Under the pieces are notes generated by a model. The model was given only the letters and a program-made list of their open reading frames with translations, did no database searches and was not told the origin of the DNA. Below, piece by piece: positions 9,681-16,540 of a DNA stretch of 64,000 bases (the stretch's first letter is position 1; every line of letters starts with the position of its first letter). The stretch is taken from contig JAXGZN010000001.1 of the NCBI GenBank assembly GCA_040776945.1, positions 448,001-512,000 of the forward strand, in the 5' to 3' direction. The position numbers and the translations under genes are program-made. The stretch comes from Methanomassiliicoccaceae archaeon (GTDB lineage Archaea > Thermoplasmatota > Thermoplasmata > Methanomassiliicoccales > Methanomassiliicoccaceae).

Positions 9681-10748
9681 TCACTTCAGCACCGCAAAGC
9701 AATCAAGCTCCTGGTTGGCCTTGCCAATCGATGTTCCAAAATGCTCTGCTTGCCTGTTTCCTCGGCCTGGCATTCCTGCCGATATAATTGCCTGTATATC
9801 CCAATCCGCCTCTAGGGTGCTTTCCAATATTTCCCTTGCAGTTCCTTTAAAGGATGGGAGTACGCCCAATCGGATGACTAGCTTCGCTCTCTTAGTGCAA
9901 ACATCGGCAACATTTTTCCATACTTTTTTAAGATCGTCTTCGAAATCATTGAGTGAGATGTGCGAAATCTGGTTGGGTTTTGTATAGTCGACTTTCCAAG
10001 GTCCACCAACAAACCAGTTCCTCAGCCATTGGTCTTGTTTGTAAGTGACCATCCCCAGGTAAGGTGGTGATGTTATTACCCAACTAAATTTGACACCAGC
10101 CTCAACTTGGAAAGTTTTTCTTGAGTCTTGGTCGATAATGAATCCATTTGTTCTATCTGGTAATGTTTTGAAAACAAATTCAGCTCTTCTCTTCACAACT
10201 TCTTTTACATCAATTTTTGGTGGTTCTAGGCCTTTTTTATGCCAATAATTAACCGAATATTTGGGCTTGGTTGAGAATGTCCTTGGCATTTGATTAGATA
10301 GGTAGGAAATGGTGTTGACATTTCTGGGCCCATGTAAAATGCCCAACATAATCGCTCTCAGAGCAATCTCAGCATCCGTTTCACAGCTGTTCAATAAATA
10401 TTCACGAATTTTACATATCTGTTTGAGCGTTGAACTAGAATAACAGTGCTCCCAGAATTCACCCTCTGGAATATCAAAACTCAGTTTTGAACCAAGGATA
10501 TGTCCACATAAACGAGTAACCTCATTGGCTGTTGTTGATACTAATTTTGCCTTTGAAATAGCACAGGCAACTTGATTTGAATCGATACCGACAGAGTTAC
10601 AACTTTTAATCCTTGCTGCAAAAAGTGTTGTGCCTCTACCGCAAAATGGGTCCAGTACCCATTCATTCCTATTTGCGGTTGATAGGATTTCATAAGGGAA
10701 GGTCAAAGGGTACATGGTAAAATATGGACAAATAGAGTTCAATCTCAA
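9681..10748 (-). CDS. Amino (N4-C/N6-A) DNA methyltransferase
   Basis: Motif I VLDPFCGRGTT precedes motif IV ITSPPY; start codon uncertain (TTG; frame open further upstream). Confidence 0.88.
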   Translation of the reverse strand: MRLNSICPYFTMYPLTFPYEILSTANRNEWVLDPFCGRGTTLFAARIKSCNSVGIDSNQVACAISKAKLVSTTANEVTRLCGHILGSKLSFDIPEGEFWEHCYSSSTLKQICKIREYLLNSCETDAEIALRAIMLGILHGPRNVNTISYLSNQMPRTFSTKPKYSVNYWHKKGLEPPKIDVKEVVKRRAEFVFKTLPDRTNGFIIDQDSRKTFQVEAGVKFSWVITSPPYLGMVTYKQDQWLRNWFVGGPWKVDYTKPNQISHISLNDFEDDLKKVWKNVADVCTKRAKLVIRLGVLPSFKGTAREILESTLEADWDIQAIISAGMPGRGNRQAEHFGTSIGKANQELDCFAVLK

Positions 10749-11138
10749 AATTGGATTTGTTTTGTTAAGCGTGTTTGAGGTTTGGAATTGAGCTATTTGT
10801 GGATATTCAGCAATCGTACTTTTACTCCCCGTGGTTAAGTCTCTTGTGGATATAATATCTTTAGGTTTCTTTGATTAAAATCGAACTATTACACGATGGA
10901 GGAAAAACATGGTAAACAGGGGTCTTATGTCTCATTAAAAATTGATAAAAAGGCATCTGGCTCATACGAATACATACACACATATGTGGAGGCCATACAA
11001 CCTATCAGTCCGTTCACACATTTTTTTATTAATAAGAGAGAAGGACATGGTGGGGAATCAGACGTAGTGGTATTAAGTCGATAGCCCACCAAAGAGTCAA
11101 GGATCAGTTATATTTCAACTGACATCAATCCATCCAAT

Positions 11139-11669
11139 ATGAATCCGTTATTCCCATCATATGAACTATCTTGGAGAACTGAAGAGGATGATGCTTTTCG
11201 ACAGAGTAGTGCTTGGAAAAAGATACGTCTTAGGATACTAAATCGAGATGATTATACATGTGCTTATTGTGGTTATCGAGCCGAGAAGTATCAACAGGTA
11301 AATCATATTGATGGAAATCCAAAAAACAATGATGATTCAAATCTAGAAGTGATCTGTCCCGAATGTCACAAGGTCATGCACTCTGGACTTTGGTGTAAAG
11401 TCAAGAAAACAATGATATTATTCGAGTCATCGAACTATTCGCAGACCGAGATAATCAGAATAACGAGAGAGATGCGTTCTCAGGGCAAGAAGGATGATGA
11501 GATTATCGACTACTTGGGGCTAAAGAACCGAATGCCTTGGATGCAGGACCTCGCCTATCTCAAGCCTCTTTTTGCGTTTATTACATCAGCTCCTGAAATA
11601 GATTCCCCGAAACGTTATTTGTCAGAAGAGAAGCAGAAATATAATGCGATAAATAGAGACAAGTGGTAA
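11139..11669 (+). CDS. HNH endonuclease
   Basis: WKKIRLRILNRDDYTCAYCG...VNHIDGNPKNNDDSNLEVICPECHKVMH. Confidence 0.88.
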   Translation: MNPLFPSYELSWRTEEDDAFRQSSAWKKIRLRILNRDDYTCAYCGYRAEKYQQVNHIDGNPKNNDDSNLEVICPECHKVMHSGLWCKVKKTMILFESSNYSQTEIIRITREMRSQGKKDDEIIDYLGLKNRMPWMQDLAYLKPLFAFITSAPEIDSPKRYLSEEKQKYNAINRDKW

Positions 11670-11980
11670 TCTAGGCTATCTGAGATTATGTGAAGCCTCA
11701 GACCCGGCTCCCTCTATGACCCTTGGAGTCGTGAAGTATGCATTAGCTATTTAGCGTGTCTAACGATCTCTGATGATGGTTGGTTAAGCTTTCTCTAAAC
11801 CATCCGTATGATGGATGATTATCTTCAAATCACCCCATCCGTTGTGGCCCTGAGTCCGCAACCACCCTTTTTTAGAAGGGGGAAGTGGCAAAGTGGGGCC
11901 CCATACCACGAGGGTAGGGGGTGGGGGGCGTTCCTATTTTCAGGAAATTTAAAGTGAAACATCATTAGAAAGCCTATTGA

Positions 11981-12311
11981 GAGATTTTAACCATTTTAAC
12001 CATCTGACTCTCTTTCATTCTTAAAGATGTGGTCAGTAATAATAAATAATAGTAATAATAAAAATAATTCAGTGTCCACTAATCTCGCCGGTTATTTTTG
12101 GCCTTTACCGGCAGTAATACTATATGTACATTAGATAGCCGGAATCCTCCAGACATGTCCAGATGGGCCTGTCCATCCGGCTTGTTTTTTATTCAGGGGA
12201 TTTGTCGACGTGCTATTCTCCCTTCCTTGGGCCCTTTTTCTTCCTCCTCGTATCATATCAGGTACTTATCGGACAGTCAGGATTTGTCATGGATAAAATG
12301 GTTAAAATCTC
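11981..12311. repeat. 18-bp perfect inverted repeat bounding an AT-rich, hairpin-rich non-coding unit (origin-like)
   Basis: GAGATTTTAACCATTTTA (11981-11998) and TAAAATGGTTAAAATCTC (12294-12311). Confidence 0.8.
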
Positions 12312-12360
12312 GCATAGATAAATTAGATGACTAACTAGAACATGACGGTATGTTCTTGAC

Positions 12361-12861
12361 TCAGGCATCTTTAGTCAAGTGCGTCCCATCACTCCTGAAA
12401 CAGGATAACACCCTCCTGTTGCCGTGAGACCTTACAGGCTTACCCTCCGGCTCAACCACCCATTGGTAGCCTAGCTCCCCAACCCAAGTGTAGAACTCCT
12501 TGTTGCCGATTGGAGGGAGGAGCTTGTCTTTGGCGATGTTGTCGAATTCTTCCCTGATGTCGCTGTCGTAAATCTTGCAAGGGTGCTTCCTCTGTACAAG
12601 ATCCTTGACCGCTTGATCGATAAGAGGCTTGACGTTATTACCTGCCCCGCCTGGCGTGATGTTGGTCCTCTTGATAGTGCCATTGACATATCTGACCGTC
12701 TTAACCGCTAGCTCGTGAGCCATCTCCGGGGAGATGTGGAAGTTAAGCTCTTTCTCCAGGTAGTCGACTATGATCATGTTGGCGAAGGGCGGAAGCTGAT
12801 CCATGACACGTTTCTTGATCTCAGGGTTCGTGTCGTATCTATCAGCCTCACACTTCAGCAA
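12361..12861 (-). CDS. Hypothetical protein; C-terminus resembles the primase/D5 C-terminal wHTH
   Basis: IYDSDIREEFDNIAKDKLLPPIGNKEFYTWVGELGY pattern; part of a 3-gene run. Confidence 0.55.
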   Translation of the reverse strand: MLKCEADRYDTNPEIKKRVMDQLPPFANMIIVDYLEKELNFHISPEMAHELAVKTVRYVNGTIKRTNITPGGAGNNVKPLIDQAVKDLVQRKHPCKIYDSDIREEFDNIAKDKLLPPIGNKEFYTWVGELGYQWVVEPEGKPVRSHGNRRVLSCFRSDGTHLTKDA

Positions 12862-12864
12862 TGG

Positions 12865-13206
12865 TCATAACCTATCCCATTGTTCCTGGGAGATAAATCC
12901 ATTCATTCTTGCCTCCTTTATTTCCGCTACGCTCCAAATGGCAAAGAACCCAGCCTCCCTATTTGCCCTCCTTACCTTATTGTACTCCCTGCCAAGGTAT
13001 TCCAACTCTCTTTCGTACATGCGAAAGCAAAACAGCCACGAAATATCAGATTCATCTATGTCCTCTGGATGGAACCTTGCTCCTTTGATTGCCAAAGGCA
13101 TGTGGCCATCTGGTGCATTAATGCAAGAGAGGGTGGCTACAAGGGTCTCACGACGCTTCAGGGCCTCATTGTTGCAACTCTCGAAGCCCTCCAAATCCTC
13201 ATGCAT
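12865..13206 (-). CDS. Hypothetical protein
   Basis: 113-aa ORF coupled to the upstream ORF (TAATG overlap at 13206). Confidence 0.55.
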   Translation of the reverse strand: MHEDLEGFESCNNEALKRRETLVATLSCINAPDGHMPLAIKGARFHPEDIDESDISWLFCFRMYERELEYLGREYNKVRRANREAGFFAIWSVAEIKEARMNGFISQEQWDRL

Positions 13207-13460
13207 TAATTCGCCTTCTTCTTAGGGCATAGGGCGTAATACCTTCCATTTTCCTTGGATAGAATCTCTAATTCTTCATGTGCTTGATTGATCAGTCTAG
13301 CATACTGCTTTTCATCGACCTTCATTTTCTCCATGAATTTATCTTTCAGCACATCTTGAATGACATATCCAGGCGTATTGCCCTTTGACAATTCTTCAAT
13401 GTTCTCCCTAAAGAAGGCAAGAAGATCGTGCATGTCCACCTTCTTCTTGTTAACCGTCAC
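13206..13460 (-). CDS. Small winged-helix-like protein (possible regulator or excisionase)
   Basis: Helix-helix-helix then ILSKENGRYY wing-like end; position downstream of the integrase. Confidence 0.5.
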   Translation of the reverse strand: MTVNKKKVDMHDLLAFFRENIEELSKGNTPGYVIQDVLKDKFMEKMKVDEKQYARLINQAHEELEILSKENGRYYALCPKKKAN

Positions 13461-13510
13461 GCCGTTTATCTCAGCCGCATTAATTCCTACGCGTCCAATT
13501 ATGCTACTTT

Positions 13511-15177
13511 CCTGACCTCCCGGGTTTTAGGCACATGGTCGGTCGAGGTCGAGCTCCAACGCCTCGATGATCTTGCGCTGTCTCTTCGTCACCTCGCCGG
13601 TGACGAAGCTGCCGTCCGGCAGCTCCATCCTTCGGACCTTCGATAGCTCCAGCATGATGGACGGGAGCGAGTGGTCACGGCATAGGCCGCTCGAACGCAT
13701 CAGCGCCAGCAGCCTGGACCGGACGATCAGCGCCACGAAGTTCACGAAGATCGTTCCCTTGACCACATCGACCTTCTGCGCTCTGAGCGGCAGGGAGGCC
13801 AGATCGTTCTTCAACGAATAGAACATCTTCTCGATGATGTCGCGTTCCCGGGACCACGACAGGCACTCCTGCCAGCTGTGCCGGCCGGAGTGCAGGATGA
13901 TCATCTTCCCGGCCCGGTTCAGCCGGGCCGATACCGCTTTCTTCTTGACGTCAACGATGAACCTGCGGCCGTCCAGCTTCCAGCCGAAGTACTGTGCCAG
14001 CGCTCCCGCCTCCTCCTCGAACACCCTGGCGGGGCTCTGCCAGGGGCGAACGTCCCTCGACTCCAGCCTGGTCTTGACGCGGTCGAGCCACTCGTAGAAG
14101 GAGGTCTTCTCCTCCTGCTCCCGCCTGAGGTCGTAATAGAGGTAGCCGTCCACGTCCAGCTCGCCGAGCCGGAGCGTCACCTCCTTGACGAAGAAGGTCT
14201 CGTTCTCCAGCTTGCGCAGGTAGGCCGCGTCCTCGATCTCCGCATGGCTCTTGGAGACGATGCTCTTCGCTTCGTCCAGCCGCATCGGCGCAGGCATGAT
14301 GAAATCGTATCCGGCGGAGAGGATGTCGGCTAGGTTCGACTGAGAGTAAAAACCGCGGTCCATGATGAGGACCGGAGCGTCCAGTCCGAGGGAACGAAGC
14401 AGCGCGACGGTGTTCCTGATGGTGCTGACGTCGGCGATGGAGCCTGGATAGGTCTGGAAGCCCAGCGGTATTCCGAGCGTTTTGTGGGCGATGATCGACA
14501 GATTCATCTGCGGAAGTCCGTCACCGTCACGGTTGTGGCCGTACTCCAGTGTCTCCAGCAGCTTCGATGAGGAGGAGAACGAGGTGATGTCGTACAGCAG
14601 CGGCCCCTGGCGTCCGACATTGTCCAGGAGCAGTTCGGTGAACTGCTCCGGTATCGAGCTGCCTCCCAGCGCCGCGAAGAAGTCGCTCAGTGTCTGCGAG
14701 GACAGCGGAAGATCGCCCCACTCTCTCGAGAGGAACGTTCTTTCATACCATGTCTTCACGTTGCTGACCGAGCAGGGGTCGACCACGCGGTTCACCGCCA
14801 AGGCCAGGGCGGTCCTGGCCTTGTCCTCCGGCAGCAGCCGGTCCAGCATTGAATCGAGATCCAGGTCCCGGACGATCTTGAGCGCCGGCAGCAGATCGCC
14901 GTAATCGAAGGCATTGCGCGGCAGCGCCTTCCGAACCCGCTTCGCCTCCCCGTCGATCAGCTTGCCCAGGTACTTCGACCGCTGCCTGGTCTTCTTCGTG
15001 GCGGCATCGTAGTACGGCGTGATCTCGTACACGTAATCGATGCCGTTGATGTTCTTGACGCGGGTGAAGGGCCTCATATACTATGCCTATATAGGCATAG
15101 TACTATTAAAGCACTGTGAAGCATGCTGGCCGTGAGGCGATCAACGGAAGTTAGTGCCTAAAAGTCGGGAGGTCAGG
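13511..15177 (-). mobile_element. IS1634-family insertion sequence
   Basis: 24-bp TIRs cctgacctcccgggttttaggcac (13511-13534; 15154-15177 with 2 mismatches); 6-bp TSD TACTTT at 13505-13510 and 15178-15183. Confidence 0.95.
13527..15077 (-). CDS. IS1634-family DDE transposase
   Basis: LLYDITS, YGHNRDG, LIMDRGFYS, RDIIEKMFYSLK motifs. Confidence 0.92.
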   Translation of the reverse strand: MRPFTRVKNINGIDYVYEITPYYDAATKKTRQRSKYLGKLIDGEAKRVRKALPRNAFDYGDLLPALKIVRDLDLDSMLDRLLPEDKARTALALAVNRVVDPCSVSNVKTWYERTFLSREWGDLPLSSQTLSDFFAALGGSSIPEQFTELLLDNVGRQGPLLYDITSFSSSSKLLETLEYGHNRDGDGLPQMNLSIIAHKTLGIPLGFQTYPGSIADVSTIRNTVALLRSLGLDAPVLIMDRGFYSQSNLADILSAGYDFIMPAPMRLDEAKSIVSKSHAEIEDAAYLRKLENETFFVKEVTLRLGELDVDGYLYYDLRREQEEKTSFYEWLDRVKTRLESRDVRPWQSPARVFEEEAGALAQYFGWKLDGRRFIVDVKKKAVSARLNRAGKMIILHSGRHSWQECLSWSRERDIIEKMFYSLKNDLASLPLRAQKVDVVKGTIFVNFVALIVRSRLLALMRSSGLCRDHSLPSIMLELSKVRRMELPDGSFVTGEVTKRQRKIIEALELDLDRPCA

Positions 15178-15307
15178 TACTTTCTGTCAAAATTTAGCTC
15201 CTAGCTTTAATTTTAAAGCTATATACAATACATGTCTATGTAAGTATATAAAAATTGTCCTGAATAATAAAATGTGGAAAAATGGGGCTTATTGAGCCTG
15301 ACTAGAG

Positions 15308-16192
15308 CTACAGCCGAGGAACCCCTTTATTGTATGCTTCCCTCATCGCCCTGTCGTTGATGTGCAGGTAAATCGTGGTAGTGCTGATGTCCGAGTGTCC
15401 AAGCATATGAGAAAGATGGAACAGGTCACACCCGTTGCCTAGCATGGCCGTGGCGAAGCTGTGCCTTAAAACGTGAGGGGTTACCTTTTCCTTGAGATTC
15501 GCACGTACTGCACACCGCCTGATGGTGTCCTGAATGGCGTAGGCAGACCACCGGTTACCCTTGGCCGAGAGGAACAACGGATCGGTGGGCTTCGGCCGGT
15601 CATGGTACTTAGGGATGTAAGTGGCGATCAGCTTGCACACATCTTCCGATAGCGGGATTTCCCTTTCCTTGTCCCTCTTCGCATGTCGCACCGTTAAACG
15701 CCTGAGAACGAGGTCTACGTCGCCTATATTGAGCATTCTTAGCTCGTTGAGCCTGAGCCCCGTTGTGCAGAAGATCTTCAACAGGGCGTATTCCCTGAAG
15801 TCCCTAGAGGCTTTGCAGAGCTGTTTCATCTGTGCCTCAGTTAGGTACCTAGGGTTACGTTTCTTCGCTCGGGGCTTGCGGAACTTGACCTTCATCCCCC
15901 TCCACTCGCAGTAGTACTCAAGTCCCATGAGCAGGTGTCTCTGGTGCGACTTGGAGTAGCTAGACGACCACACCCTCACTGCAATGTCGTCGATATCCTT
16001 CCTGGTGGGGAAGGGGTTGTTGTTGTCCCTGAGAAGCTTGTTAACGAAGCCATCAATCATCCTAGCCCACGTTCGACCCATCCCTTTGTGCGTCAAAAGC
16101 CACGCAAGGAATGTCATCTCGGTCTCTGGCTCGCACTGCTCTTTTAGAATATCTTGTGCCGTGATTCGGCTTAGTTCGTCGTTTTCCCTCAT
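15308..16192 (-). CDS. Tyrosine recombinase/integrase (XerC/D-like)
   Basis: TGLRLNEL, HAKRDKER, HVLRHSFAT, LGHSDISTTTIY catalytic motifs. Confidence 0.95.
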   Translation of the reverse strand: MRENDELSRITAQDILKEQCEPETEMTFLAWLLTHKGMGRTWARMIDGFVNKLLRDNNNPFPTRKDIDDIAVRVWSSSYSKSHQRHLLMGLEYYCEWRGMKVKFRKPRAKKRNPRYLTEAQMKQLCKASRDFREYALLKIFCTTGLRLNELRMLNIGDVDLVLRRLTVRHAKRDKEREIPLSEDVCKLIATYIPKYHDRPKPTDPLFLSAKGNRWSAYAIQDTIRRCAVRANLKEKVTPHVLRHSFATAMLGNGCDLFHLSHMLGHSDISTTTIYLHINDRAMREAYNKGVPRL

Positions 16193-16314
16193 GCTGGCTC
16201 ACCTTCCGTCCAGCACGAACTGGCTAGCCAAGCTTGGCCACAGAGAGCCCGAAGGGATCTCGTGACCGAAGGGAAATCGGCGTAAGAGCTTAGTCAACCA
16301 GAATAGTAGAATCA
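16193..16314 (-). promoter_or_regulatory. Structured integrase 5' leader (candidate RNA switch)
   Basis: 15-bp helix with G-U pairs, CUUCGG loops, start-codon hairpin, and segments complementary to the tRNA 5' half and to the distal element end. Confidence 0.6.
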
Positions 16315-16318
16315 AAAG

Positions 16319-16402
16319 TGCAGGGGAAGGGATTTGAACCCCCGAACCACTAAGGATAAGACCCTGAATCTTACGCCGTTGGCCAAGCTTGGCTACCCCT
16401 GC
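16319..16402 (-). tRNA. tRNA-Leu(CAG)
   Basis: Cloverleaf GCAGGGG/CCCCTGC, anticodon arm TAAGA-TTCAGGG-TCTTA, long variable arm, GGTTCAAATCC; CCA not encoded. Confidence 0.97.
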
Positions 16403-16430
16403 TTGTAGGTCCACCTTATACTGGCACAAA

Positions 16431-16444
16431 ATATAAACCTTATC
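16431..16444 (-). promoter_or_regulatory. BRE/TATA promoter of tRNA-Leu
   Basis: Minus strand GATAAGGTTTATAT about 30 nt upstream of the tRNA. Confidence 0.6.
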
Positions 16445-16540
16445 CTCCACTGGCAGATGGGACATCCATCGAACGACGTGGGGTCGCCGTAAAAATTAAT
16501 ATAATTAAATGCAGCGAAAGCATCAGCATACCTCAGGATA

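Larger units (their letters stand above)
2658..16371. mobile_element. tRNA-Leu-integrated element (genomic island), ~13.7 kb
   Basis: 57-bp att direct repeats, tyrosine integrase next to the tRNA, visibly AT-rich cargo against GC-rich flanks. Confidence 0.95.

Noticed and set aside
10749-10877. Open frame upstream of the MTase TTG without a canonical start
   Set aside because: True start cannot be resolved without homologue alignment; not evidence of recoding.
10896-11084. 62-aa ORF upstream of the HNH gene
   Set aside because: No recognisable motif; may be chance in a divergent promoter region.
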